From the NCBI RefSeq assembly GCF_037042905.1, contig NC_087245.1:15812001-15876000 (forward strand): a stretch of 64,000 bases of DNA, in the 5' to 3' direction. The stretch comes from Lytechinus pictus (lineage: Eukaryota). Below the pieces are notes generated by a model. The model worked only from the letters and a program-made list of their open reading frames with translations, searched no databases and was not told where the DNA came from. This document shows, piece by piece, positions 1 through 13,585 of the stretch (position 1 is its first letter; every line of letters starts with the position of its first letter). Position numbers and translations under genes: made by a program.

Positions 1-78
1 AGTGAGTGGATGACGTCATCAGTTTCCTTATTTGCATACCGACCAGGATGTGCATATAACTGTTTTGTGAAATTAAGT
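1..78. mobile_element. Fragment of the MITE family seen at 24912-25512 (cut by window edge and interrupted)
   Basis: Near-identical to 25309-25385 (agtgagtggatgacgtcatcagt...gtgaaattaag). Confidence 0.8.
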
Positions 79-2187
79 TTTTTATGCAAAACTAAATTGT
101 CATGATATACTAGCCTACCATGTGAACATAGCATTGGAAATTAAAGAAATTTACCTGTCTTCATATTTTTGAAATAATATTTTCAATAAATTACCAATGT
201 AGCCCCTTTTGCAAACGAACTGAAAATTATTTTTAAAATGTTATTTTTATCTTTTACAGATGTGTTCACCTTTTGATGGGATTTTCAACTTATCTTTGGT
301 ATCATCAGAGTGACTAAAACCTAAACATTGAGACAAAAAAATCAAGTTCGATGAAAAATGGATCTAATACCTTTTGCAAATGAGCTCTTTAGAAGAGTAT
401 GTTTGCAAAAGGGGGTTAGATTCACTTCAGACCATTCTGAAAAAAAAATCTTTATTTTTAATTATCCCATATTTCAAGTCTCATGTGAAACTAAATAATC
501 CCCATTGATTTTATTTTGTAAATAGTCATAACTGTTCTATTCCATGTTGAATTTTTTTTTAGATCCTCCTTTAATAAAAATTCATTGCCGTTCTTGCCAT
601 TCTTTCATACCTCGTCTGATTTGGAAGGGACAAGAAAAATTGGAGACAAAATATGCAGACGCACTTTTAGACCTTTGTGTGCGCAAATTGGAAATACTGA
701 TAACCACCCCCGCAGAAAGACAGACGAGCTAAAAACAATGTTCAAAGGGTTTATTTATGTTAAATATATATATAACTAAAATCAGTTTACTACTTGTAGA
801 TTGATTCATTTATGCGTTTATAATCAAATTATCATGATGTATTTATGTATTCTGTAAATTGTAGTAACATGTGAATATATTGAAGTGTAAATATACTTAC
901 AATATGAAAATAACGATATACATATTTCCAAATAATTCAGTTCTAGGTTAAGACTTTGTTTTCTTTTTATTGGTTGATTTCATTCACCTGCACAAGACTT
1001 ATTATTTGTTATGATTAAAGACATTGCACAGAATGATCTGACGTGTGTCTTATTTTTCCTCCGAGTACCGTCTAAACTATTTGTATTATGGGAAAGTAAA
1101 CAATTTATATAAAAAAATATGGCAGTATTATACTGACATGATGAACAACGGTTCTCTATTTTGCGTACTTTTATGGTACGATATAACAAAAGAGAAATCA
1201 TAACATTTGCGACTGAATGAAATTTTCCTGAAATTGATGACCAAATGAGATTGATTGTTAAGGTTTTGACGACGCTCTCAAAACGTGTATGTAATATAAG
1301 TGCCAAAGATGAACAAAATAGAAACGGGTAGTCTCATGAATTTGTCGAATTATGCGATTCGAATTTTTCCTAATTTCTTAACAATAAATTGATGTCCCTA
1401 TCGGTGATGGTATCCAACATTAACCCCTTTCTTTAATGCGATTAAGTATATATCATACGATCATTTGCAAAAACTCAAGATGTTGGCCTTTAATAACAAA
1501 GTGAACTTTAGAATATCATTATTTTGATTACATACATCTATATCAATGGTAATAGTTTTCATGAACCTATTCGATTATCTGAAAGGAATCTGGGCATACT
1601 GCTCTCTAATAAAAAATGGTTAGCAAGAGAATGTGTTAGTCATTAATAAATTATGAAAATCGTATACTGCATGCTTGTAGTAGACCGTCAATCCGATATT
1701 GGTGATTTTCCTATCCACTGTGTGGGAGCTTAACGATTCCAAATCACAACTCTGAACACATAATTTATTTCATTTATAAATAGTCTCCTCTGTTTATTTC
1801 TCCTATTCACAGCGATCATCACAACTAAGACGAAATCAATAATACCTTGTCTATAAGAGTAACATTCAACATGCGATTTAAAAGACAATTCTAAACATTT
1901 GGACGGCATCACCTATAGTCGAGCATTAATTCCAGAGTCAAACCAACAGTCCTATTTCAAGTCAACCGTCAACCGAAAGAGAGAAAGTTTATCCCACCAT
2001 TACCCCATGCATTCCAAAAGAAAACATCTTTTTCGATACTGGCCAATCGATGTTCCAAGACTGCACAATCTTATGAACATGATGAATGACTAATTTAAGT
2101 TGAAGGATGAGAAACAAATGCGTTGCCCTGAACACTGAAAGAAAAGGTACCTTCCTGGCAGCAGTCGGAATGAATTGAAAACGCCCA

Positions 2188-2474
2188 CACTGTTAGAAAA
2201 TTTATCCTTAAAATAAAAGAAGTTCATGCAGCAGAGTCTCGAGAACACGTGTAATCTTACATTATATCATGTAAAATTACAGGAAATTGGTATTTGGTGT
2301 ATGGAACCTTAATACAAATTTCCTTAAATAAAACACCCTTTTCCCCTTTTTAAACAGACCTGTTATGTTAAATTGTAGAAAAATTCCTGTTTTATGAATT
2401 TACAGAATGATTTTGTTATTGCTTTCTGCAAAATCTTGTTTTTTTCTGTAAAATTAGGGTTTTTTTTAACAGTG
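2188..2474. mobile_element. CACTA/EnSpm (CMC)-like MITE
   Basis: Ends CACTGTTAgAAAA...TTTTTTAACAGTG; 2-bp duplication CA on both sides (2186-2187, 2475-2476). Confidence 0.65.
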
Positions 2475-3099
2475 CATGAAGCACTTTAATAATCTTTCCG
2501 CGTATGCAATTTTAAACGCTGCCACACTCGTGTTCTCGGTTTTCATTAAGCAGACGCAGTAGCGTAAGTTCTTTGACCTCCCCGAAACATTTAAAGTACA
2601 TAGAATATTTCCCTATAATATTGATTATACAATGCATTGCATGTACCAGTAGTAGCTTCCATTGTCTCCCCTTTTTTTCTAAAGCTGCTCTGCATTTTGA
2701 ATTGGGTATCCAAATCAAAATGGCAGATAGAAATAATGTTTACATTGACCAGCAACAGTTCGGTTTACGTATAACTGCAAAGGGACTTAGGGTTGGTTTG
2801 ACCACGGGACATGAGGATTACTTGGAAAAATCAATCAAGAAATACATGCAAGTGATATCAAACAGAAGTGCGTGTATCAAATAATTCATGTAGTTTTAGA
2901 AGGCAGTGATAAATCAACAATTAAAAATGAACAACGGTTTTAATTAACAATTTCACCAATAAAATTACTGCGAGATCGAAAATTGATTGAACAGAATAAT
3001 GGTTAATTCAAGGTCGGCGTTTATTAATCATTAGTGGTCTATAAAATGAAATAAACAATCACATAAAGAAAGTCATATTGATGGATGATTTTAGTATAG

Positions 3100-3310
3100 A
3101 AGGGATAGAGTGAAAAAAGAAGAGATGAGAAAACGCAGCGAGAGAGACAGAGAGGGAGAAAAGACGGAGCGGGAGGAAAGAAGGAGAGTGAGGGAAAAAA
3201 TGTGAGGAAAGAAGGAGTAAGAAAGAATAAAGAGGGAGGGAGAAGAGGAAAGAGAGAACATTTAAATAGAGAAGAAAAATAATTTAAGAGAGAGAGAGAG
3301 AGTCACAGAG
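3100..3310. repeat. Polypurine (GA-rich) low-complexity tract
   Basis: Mostly A/G, ending in (GA)n. Confidence 0.8.
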
Positions 3311-4480
3311 GAATAATTCGAAAAAAAATCAGAAAAATTACGCACTAAATGGAAGAAAGGTTAATTGTGAAAATGTTGAAAATGCCTGTTTCAATCAAAG
3401 AATCTTTGACTTAAAATAGAGAAATTTACAGATTAACAACACAGGCTTTGATTTACATGAAAGTGTTTACACACAATGAAAAAACATAGTAAGCTCTAAA
3501 AATTAATCAAAGAGACAAACCAAATTATTTGAGTTTGTTTGAAAGAATATGAAAAAAAGAAAGACATAATGAATCATATTTCAATCAAAATGCAAAAAAC
3601 GAAAAAAATCGATCATAATAGTGACAAAGATTTTATATACAACACCTAAATAATGTTGACCGACAATGGAATAATGATTTTACCTATGAGCAGATGAAAT
3701 AAATCATTACTTCAACAATACAATTAAAAATAAAATGAGAGCAGATTTATAAACTTTTCCACAAATTACTAACCTTTTCCTGATATACATGTGCATAACC
3801 CCACTGCAATCAATAAATAAATTACACATTGTCCACTTTGTATGATTTTTAAAAGTAATCATTTCAATACCATAACAAACCTGATATATGATATATGTAT
3901 GTGTTATTTATATATTTACATATTTACATTTACATGATCATAAATCTATATAACATTCATAAACTACAACCTGCAAAATCAATTTTTAAATCAATGGCTC
4001 TGATTTCTATCAGAAGGTAGTCATCTTCTTCAAAGCACTGCGAGAAAATATATTGCACCCGGTATTAATCTGTTATACCCCGTGTTCATACAAAAACGTT
4101 ATCATATCGACATAAAAGGTTTTGATATACACTCTCCAAACAAACTTGTTAGAATGAGTAATTAATAGGATGAACTGGGTGCAACAATCATTTCAGTCAT
4201 ATTTCGATAATTTTTGGTCAGATTTGACTAGAACGCAGTTCTGACTAGAATATATATTTATGACTAGGCAGATCAGTTGAGCCTGGTTGACTATTGATCT
4301 AGTTATTTTAACCAGGTTTAGGGTGGAGGACGTGTCAATACAGGACGCTTTCCGCGTCTGACTGATCGTATATTCAGTTGCTCTACACATCGTACATGTA
4401 TAAACACCTACACTATACCTATACGTCGTATGAATGAGATAAGTTCGTCATTAGAAAGCGGGTTAACGGGGGATTAAAGG

Positions 4481-4667
4481 ACCTGATGGGTGTTTCATAA
4501 AGCTGTTCGTAAGTTAAAGAGCGACTTAAAGAACGACTGATGAAACTTCCTTACGCGCCAAACCATCGCCAATTAACATTTTGGTGTATACCATTTACCA
4601 CAAGAAAGGAAAGTCGTTCTTAAAGTCGCATTTTACTTTCGATCAGCTTTATGAAACGACCCCAGGT
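4481..4667. mobile_element. Small MITE with ~55-bp imperfect terminal inverted repeats (PIF/Harbinger-like ends)
   Basis: gggtgtttcataaagctgttcgtaagt...gcgacttaaagaacgact mirrors agtcgttcttaaagtcgc...cagctttatgaaacgaccc; related fragment at ~55605. Confidence 0.65.
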
Positions 4668-6012
4668 CAAAAACTTGTAAAGAAACAATACTTTAAATCG
4701 TATTTAATCGTAAGAAGAAATAAATTTTGGATACGATTCATCGAAAGTTTTCGTCTGACATATCGTCAGATTTAACAACTTTTGAATGGTTTTGATTGGC
4801 TGAGAAGCAAATGTCTGACTGTTACCAGGGCAACATGTTGCATAATGGAAACTTTTCAGTAATGGAACTTTTGTCTGTAATAGTCTCCATGAAAAGGGTC
4901 GGACAAAGAAAGAAGAAAAAAAAAACAACATGCAGTGATGACAAAGGAATTGGCAGGAAAGATGAAGAAAAAAGAAAACGAAGAAGAAGAAGAAGAAGAG
5001 GGTAAATTAGCATGCTGAATGTCAGTCTGTTATTCGTCGTTATGTTCGTTGTGTGTCACAGTGAAACATTATGTCATTTTAATATTATGAGAAGAATATT
5101 ACTATTTTTCATCTTGAAGATGTTTCAAATATTGATACATTAATTTTCTGTTGATATACTATTTATCATGCTGTTTCAAAGTATATTTATCCCATCTTTT
5201 CATATTCTACTTAAGTTTGTTCATTTAAAAAATAATAATAATATTGGGTTTGTCAGACTAAGTCCACTTTGGTAAGTTCCGCCATGTCGTGTCGATAAAG
5301 AAATTCGAATCCTTTTGGAGTATAGGGTTCTTTTTTGCACCCATTTCTCAAAGTAACCAGATCACGTCAAATCCAGTAATCGTCAGTAGTCACGCAATGG
5401 AGCATCCTTTGCTCCGCTATTGACCAATTAGGATTGATTTTGCGCGCCGAATATGTTCATAAAACTGATCCAAAACCAATCAGAGTGTTTCTTTCATAAT
5501 TCATTTGCAATTTATCGCAAACCTTGGTGTCACGGGGCCCGGGCATCGTGTTAGTCCATATTATATCAGGTTATCTCCTAAGAAGTTGGGGGAGGGCACT
5601 AAAACTTAATTGGTAAAAACACGCACATGCATAATTTCCCGGATAAAGTTACGACACGCGTGAAACACGCGTAGGATGTAAAAAAAGGGGGTTTCACACC
5701 GGGAGTTTCGTATAGTTGCGTAGGGGTACGTAGAGACTACGCAACACTCCGCCGCCATTCGTTTTGCCCACGCGAGTCTACACTGAGGAACACAAAATGG
5801 GTACGCCGGAGGGACGCAAAACATAAACATGTTGAATTTTCTGCGTACTTTTGGCGTAGAGTCAGGTCTACGCAAGTCTACGCAACAATACGCCAAAATG
5901 CACCGGTTTCTCAAAACACCTATTGAGACTTGTGCATGGAATGGTAAAATGTTGCGTATAGATCGAAGTAGACTTGCGTAGACCTGGCGTAGACTTGCGT
6001 AAAGTTGCTTAT

Positions 6013-6564
6013 TTAAAGGGGTACTCCGGGTTGAAAAATAATTATAACTAAATAAAGAGATTAAAATTAACCGAGCAACATGCAAAGAACTTCGTTAAAA
6101 AATTAGCAATATTTTGTTATGTGCACGTTGTAATAGATATTGATTAGGCGGACTGATGATGTAATGTCTCCATTTTTTTTCTTATTTCATTACATGAAAT
6201 CATAATTATTTCATTTTTTCATACATGTATGTACTATTATGTCACTCTAATAATAAAGTAAGTTGCAGTAATGAACATCCAATTATTCGACTGCCAATCA
6301 ATTTTTTGTTAATTCTTGGAGGACGAAATTTGAAAAGACATAATTTAAAATAATACAATACAAAAGAATAAGTGGGGATATGACGCCATCAATTTGCTTA
6401 TGAATATTCATGAAGACATGTATAGAATTGTTTTACTGTAATAAATCAAATCTTTAAATGTCATAACTTTGTTATCCGATTTTGATAAATTTCAGTGTTT
6501 TGATTGTCTGATTTTTCTTAACCTGTTTATATTATATCATTGTCAGCCTGAAATACCCCTTTAT
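6013..6564. mobile_element. Diverged Kolobok-like MITE related to 24912-25512
   Basis: TTAAAGGGGTAcTcc...gaaaTACCCCTTTA ends; shares internal blocks (tttaaatgtcataacttt...atccgattttgat) with the 25 kb copy. Confidence 0.6.
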
Positions 6565-6603
6565 ATTTGATGTACTCATGTTGGATCCTACCGTTTCATC
6601 AAT

Positions 6604-7335
6604 TATTATTTCGCCTGCATAGCAGTGTGCCGCTTTTTCGACAGTGGAGGCGGTGGTGGCGTCGTCAACATTGAAATGTTTACCATTAAAACTAAGTTTT
6701 TTGAAATGTCATCATACCTTAAAAAGTATATTGACCCAGTTCATGTTATCAAGTCAGAAGTGTAATCAAGTATTACCTAATATATCACCTGAGTTTCAAG
6801 TCAAAAGATCAAGGTCAAATGTTATTAAGGTCAATGAACTTTGGCCATGGTGGGGGAATCAAAATCGAAATCTTTAAACAGAGTTAAGTTTTTGAAATGT
6901 CATCATAACTTTGACAGTATAATCTAGTTCATGAAACTTGGATATAAGAGTAATCAAGTATCAGTGAACATCCTGCGTGAGCTTCAGGTCACACGATCAA
7001 GGTCAAAGATCATTTAAGGTCCATGAAATTTGGCGATGTTGGAGGTATTTGTTGAATTGCCATCATAACTTTGAAACTGAAAGTTTATGGATATAGTTCA
7101 TAAACTGTGGGGAATCAAGTAGCACTAACCGTCTTGCATGTCGAGTCTTAGGTCACACGATGAAGGTCAATGGTCATTGAGGGTCAGTGAACATAGTACT
7201 TTATCATTAAATAAATGGTGTTTTTGTGAATAATTATTCAGTAGTTGGTTTCAAAGTCAACACTGCTGACACAACATAGCAATACAATTTGAATCGCGTA
7301 TTGCAGGTGAGAATACCAGAGGCGTTCCAATTGTT
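6604..7335 (-). mobile_element. Diverged Helentron/DINE-1-like element, inverted copy of 11140-12094
   Basis: Reverse-complement similarity at both ends (cctgcatagcag...; gaatcgcgtattgcaggtgaga..ccagaggcgttcca) and internal AGGTCA-rich repeats. Confidence 0.75.
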
Positions 7336-8146
7336 GGTTTAATTCAGTCACCATCCATAAAAGCTTTGTAAGAGCTAAATTAGCACTTCACTTTTTAGAC
7401 TGATATTTGCATGCTTGATTGATTGTTCCTTCAACTTTGATATAGTTTGGAAGATACCAAACATGAAGAGCAAGGGTCGGAGCGAGAAAATTATCATGGT
7501 TATTTTGTTTTAAGTGACTAAGGTGGAGATTCACCTGTACCACACTTTGAACATAATGATGTAGGTGGCAGCGAAACTATACAGAAGTAAAAGTAACAGA
7601 CCAAGCTCCCCTTTTGCAGTTTTGTCTGGCCAGGGTCCGTGAAGAGTTACGATTGATCCGATCAATCTCAAGTATATAGAAATCCATCAAGTTCATAATT
7701 TTTCTTCTGGAAATTTGCTCAATGTCCTTTGAAAACAAAGAGAAGCATACTGAATTGTCAAGAAAACCATGAAAACGGTGAATGTATGAATATACATCAT
7801 TTTTTATAAATATTTTGAACAAGCATGTATTTTGGATGTTGACGTTGCTGGCTTTCTATAGTTGTGATTGATCGGATCAATCATAACTCTTTGTAAGACG
7901 GGCCCCAGGATAGGCCAGAAATTGTGCGTAAGAGTTTATGCGCAAGGAATCCATACGCAACCGTACGCTACCCTACACAGGGACTACGCCGATCCATTAT
8001 TTTTTTTTGTCATGAGTACGCAGCTAATTTTTACGCATTCCCTACGCAACTCTACGCGGATTTCGGTGTGAAACCACCTTAACAACGTGAAAATCTTGAA
8101 AAAAAGTGGCGAATCGCCAAAGAAAGAAAAAATATTTTTTCCGGAG

Positions 8147-8152
8147 TTTATT
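8147..8152 (-). promoter_or_regulatory. Candidate polyadenylation signal (AATAAA) for the receptor, implying a ~1.1 kb 3'UTR
   Basis: First canonical AATAAA I found on the minus strand after the stop, followed by U-rich sequence; common by chance in AT-rich DNA. Confidence 0.3.
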
Positions 8153-9274
8153 CATTTCCATTTGGGGTATCATTTTTCTGGATGTTTGTGTGATCTAAAA
8201 TTTCTTGAGTGATGTCGTGTTTTATAGGTCTTACATTAGGCACCTGTATAAAGAAAGCGCGTGAAAATACGTGAAATAGGATGCTGTTTTGGACATTGGT
8301 TTAATATAGGTAGTTTTGAAAATAAATGAGTATTAAAGCGACGAACTTGAGTGGCCCACCATCTTGAAATGTGTCTAAATTTGGTCTTGTGCCAATAGGT
8401 TCTTAAGATCAGTTGTCATTCCGTAGTTCAGGTAATAGTTGGGGAAGGCTTTGGTCCTCTAAATCCTTGGCATTTTTTTCATGTTGTCAGCAGACTGTCG
8501 TCCTCAGAGATGGACAATATGTATTTGGTCATCTGAAGAGCCGTTATTTATAGATCAGCCATCTTTCTTTTGTCTATAAGTCCCGTATGTTAACGTGTGA
8601 AAAGGGGAACTAGTCCAGTTGTGTCAAAAGGCAAATGTGATGGGGAAGCTGGGGGGGGGGGGGTAAAGAAAGGGATAGGGATAGAAGTAATTATGATGTA
8701 TTGTAAATTATTACTTAGCAGTCTCACATGGCTGAAGTCGTATATATTTTCCAAAGGCTCTAAAATCTGCTTAATAATATCGGTCTTTTTACGATGACCG
8801 AGTATTACATGTATACCATACCCGTCAATTATAAACCTATGAGTTCCAGACGAGTCATCGAAGCTTAGTAAAACAACATACATATTGTAACACGATGAAA
8901 CTACGAATACAATGTAAAGGGGGAAAATCAAAACATGTAAAATGATGACGATTTGATTTCAAACCAACTAGTGTATCAGTGTTAGTTGAGACCATTTCCA
9001 TCACGTCAAATATTACAACCTTTAGATCATGAAAATGACACAAATCCAATGACCTCTCAGTTTGGTGGGCTCAGTCGATGTTAAACATCAAACACCTGTG
9101 GAAACGTAATGTTTCATGACCTATCCATTTTCAGAGACCAAACTCTTGTCATTTTTCAAAGTGTAACAAATGAAAAGACTACCCTGATAAAAAAATCAAT
9201 CAATTGAAAAGTGGTCCAAACATTGTCCTCGTTTCATATAAACCATCGCTAACGATACCGTGGATGAAGTCGAG

Positions 9275-9506
9275 CTACATCGGACTGGTGGTCGAATTTC
9301 GACTATCGTCCTTGGAGGGGCCATCGACGACCTTCCCACTCATGCTAACGATATTACGGCCTCTGGAGCCCGTATGACCGTCGGAGAAGTTGTTGAATTC
9401 CGTGGTGTGTGTATTTGTCTGGTAGGTGGTGCGTCCGAACCGGAGCGGTTTCCAAGCCGTGCAGCACGGCACTTTATCGGCTATCCAATTAATTGCGGGT
9501 ATCCGT
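9275..9506 (-). CDS. NPSR1-like (NGFFFaR): Receptor coding exon 9 (C-terminal tail RIPAINW...VPCC...STTSPM*)
   Basis: CAG acceptor at 9507; phase matches exon 8; TAG at 9277-9275; di-Cys and Ser/Thr-rich tail typical of GPCRs. Confidence 0.88.
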
Positions 9507-12500
9507 CTGCAGGTAGGGAAGGTGTGATGAGAAGATGCAGACAGTGGAAAGTGCATGATGGGAAGGGCAAAGTAGACAAGGGGTAAAACGAATGGAAAGC
9601 AGATTGATTCAGGCAAGTAAACCGTGAACAATGAGGGAGAAAGAAAATTGAAAAAGAGAAAGAAAGTGGTGATTACAGACCAATGGAAAAATTCTACAAA
9701 AACACACTAACGTAGGGGCATGAAAAAAAATTATGAAATATAAAGTAGGTAACACATAAGCAATGATATTCATGGATTCTCAAGTAAACGGTTGATTCCA
9801 GCTTAAGATCAAACTGGAATGACAGCAAATTGATATGATTTTTATCTCATCATTTATTATATTTGTTTAACTGGGGAGACGTCATGATATGAAAACATCA
9901 AAAACCTAACTGACCAGTAAAATGGTACTTAACTTCCACAATTAATTTGACCTTCATAAAGTTTGAAGTAGAAATAGAGGTTCTCGTTACAGGACAAGAT
10001 TTTCGGCACTAGTCACTTTGGACAATAGCAATCGCAATGTAATCATAATTTTAAAAAATCCATGCTTGAGAAGGGATTATTATGAACAAAAAAAAAGAAA
10101 AAAAAAAGACGCAGCTACTTCATTTTCATTGGGTGCCCGATCAAAACATTTTTTAATGTAAAATCGGTACGTTTATCCAATAGAAAATACATATGTTTAT
10201 TGACTATCCTTCACATCATAACCGAGTTAGAGAAAACACATTCAAGTTGGCTAGTGATGAATGTGAATACTGACATGCACTTTCGGGAATTTCCTGAAAA
10301 CTTAAGATAATAATAATAATAATAATTAACATTTATATGGCGCTTAATACAACAGTTTCTAAGCGCATTGGAAAGAAAAAAAAAGGGAGAGAGAACAGGA
10401 TATCAAAGATAGGCTATGATATTAACGAGGACACCATGCTCCTGGTGATTTTATTGAAACACCATCGATGGCTATGGTGATGCGACATGTAAAAAAAGGA
10501 ATCCGTCCAGCTACCAATACAGGCCGATGTAAATAAACTGTTTTAGATTTACCTCAACTCTTTGCATACATTAGTGCTGAAAATGCCATATATGAATGGA
10601 TTGGTGGCGCTGTTCAGGGACGGTAGATTTTGAAGAACAGGTGTGGCCATGAGGACAGCCGTGCTCTGTGGATTAATGCAACCAAACGCTTCCAATGTGT
10701 AGAACAGAGAAAACGGTAAGAAGCAACAGATGTACGCTGCGGAGGAAAAAACGATATAAATCATTAGCAGGTCTATCAAAATTATAAGTAAGTATAACGT
10801 ACACACTTAAAATGTTGGGCAACATACTGTCCACTGTTTTGGGTAATATTTGTTAGTAAGATATATATATATATACATATATACATGTATATATTGTGGG
10901 CAATCCAATCGAACAAATTTATCACTCAATTGATAGTTTTTATTACCAAATTTGGACAGATTTTAACCTATAGTTGTGTGGACAATATGTTGCCCAGTGA
11001 TGGTTAAAAATTGGACCCTTTTGCCCAACCTTTTTAAGAGTGTGTATGATGGATGTATGTATGTGTGTGTGCGTGCGTTTTTTATTTTTATTATTATTAT
11101 TATTTTTTTTTTTTTGGGGGGGGGATGGTGGATACCAGGAACAAGTGGAATGCCTCTGGCCGTCTCACCTGCATCACGCGATTCAATATAGCAGCAGTGC
11201 TGATTTTGAAAACTACTATAACTCGCACAAGATGTTCAGTGATACTTGGTTACTCTTATTTCCACGTTTTATGAACTAGACCAATACACTTATAGAGATA
11301 TGATGGCAATTCAACAAATACCCCCAACGTGGCCAAAGTTCTTTGACCTTACATGAAATTTGACCTTGATCATGTGACCTGAAACTCGCACAGGATGTTC
11401 AGTGATACTTGATTACTATTATGTCCAAGTTTTATGAACTAGACCAACACACTTTCAAATTTATGGCTGTAATTCAACAAATACCCCAATTTGGCCAAAG
11501 TTCATTGACCCTAAATGACCTTTGACCTTGATCATATGACCTGAAACTTGCACAGGATGTTCAGTAATTCTTGATTACTATTATGTCCAAGTTTCATGAA
11601 TCAGATCCATAAACTTTCAAAGTTATGATGGTAATTCAACAGATACCCCCAATTCGGCCAAAGTTCATTGACCCTAAATGACCTTTGACCTTGGTCATGT
11701 GATGTGAAACTCATGCAGGATGTTCAGTGATACTTGATTGACCTTATGTATAAGTTTCATGAACTAGGTCCATATATTTTCTAAGTTATGATGACATTTC
11801 AAAAACTTAACCTTAGGTTAAGATTTTGATGTTGATTCCCCCAACATGGTCTAAGTTCATTGACCCTAAATGACCTTTGACCTTGGTCATGTGACATGAA
11901 ACTCAGGCAGGATGTTCAGTAATACTTGATTAACCTTATGGCCAAGTTTCATGAACTAGGTCCATATACTTTCTAAGTTATGCTGTCATTTCAAAAACTT
12001 AACCTCAGGTTAAGATTTGATGTTGACGCCGCCGCCGCCGCCGTCGGAAAAGCGGCGCCTATAGTCTCACTCTGCTATGCAGGTGAGACAAAAATGAGAA
12101 GGAGAACTAGATTCTGTTTTTTTTTGCTTGCCATATCACTTGCGCTATTCAACGGCAAAAAAGTTCCATCATCGATAGAACATTTAGTTCCTTCCTCATT
12201 TCAACTTGGTTACTAGTTCATGATTTTATTTGAGGTGAGCTAATTCTGCCAAAAATGTTCGGGTATTCATTATTTTCACAATATAGAAAAGGAAAACTAG
12301 AGTTCCATACCATACGATATTTTACCCGTCGTAGGATTTAGTACTAGATAACACATTGATTATCGGGAAAAGTTTAGGATTCGATTTTGATTTAAACAAC
12401 ACTTACCCAACACAATACAAATAGTCATCTTGATTGTTTTAACCTTAGCTTTCGGGATGAGACCCCGTGAGCTCGCTCGATGTTTAGGCATGGTGCAGTT

Positions 12501-13169
12501 ACTATCCTTTGACAAACCTTCGTATGCCACTGACAGAAAAGTGAAGACAAAAATGTGGAATTTTAATATGGTTTAACGGTGAAAACATTATGGTTTACTT
12601 TGCGTTCTAAAGCATGATAACAGGGTTTCTTTCAATAGCTCTCTTTACGAATATCTCCTGACATAATTACATCGCATGATGTAACAGCGAAAGTTAATAA
12701 CCCTTTTTGCCATGTCCCCTTTTCCTCATTTAAAAAAATAATAAATCTGAAATTGTCACAGGCATTTCAAGCAGATCCTTTTTATTCTAGGAAAGTCATC
12801 GATAAAACAAATTTTATATTTTTAAGCATGACATAAACGTTACTAAATATAAACGTATAGGATTTGAAGTCTTACCATCTCTGTTTGAATTTTTCGACTT
12901 CTTGATCACCTGTGGACCACCCATCTTCTTTGCTCTCTTCCAGATTGTTACGATGATTGTGACGTAACAGAAAGTGATGAGTATTAACGGAATATAGAAG
13001 AACGAAGAAATGACGTACATCGAGTAAACCTGGAGGTAAATAGAAATTGAACGTTAATAACTATGGACGTAGGCATGGAGAACAAATGTCTGAATAAATA
13101 ATTTAGAGAGTTTTGTAAGGATTAACTCTCACTTTATCAGAAGAATTCATGCCCATTACAGAATATCAA

Positions 13170-13242
<73 letters not shown>

Positions 13243-13433
13243 CTACTACTATTACTACTACTACTACTACTACTAACTACTACTACTACTACTACTACTA
13301 CTATTACTACTGCTACTACTACTACTTCTACTACTACTACTACTACTGCGGCTGCTGATACTACTACTACTACTACTATTACTACTGCTACTACTACTAC
13401 TTCTACTACTACTACTACTACTGCGGCTGCTGA

Positions 13434-13480
<47 letters not shown>

Positions 13481-13528
13481 TACTACTACTACTACTACTA
13501 CTATTTCTAATACTACTACTACTACTAT

Positions 13529-13585
<57 letters not shown>

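Larger units (their letters stand above)
5687..8078. mobile_element. Possible Harbinger-like non-autonomous element (arms ~5687-6005 and ~7920-8078) interrupted by nested insertions
   Basis: ggtttcacaccg...tagttgcgtaggg at the left mirrors ccctacgcaactc...cggtgtgaaacc at the right; both arms are rich in TACGC/GCGTA. Confidence 0.45.

Noticed and set aside
5606..6085. 159-aa minus-strand ORF
   Set aside because: Spans repeat arms; no recognisable transposase or other domain
8300..8600. Possible decayed LINE coding fragment
   Set aside because: Hand translation gave stops and no convincing endonuclease or RT motif; probably 3'UTR
9260..9586. 108-aa plus-strand ORF
   Set aside because: Antisense shadow of the receptor's last exon
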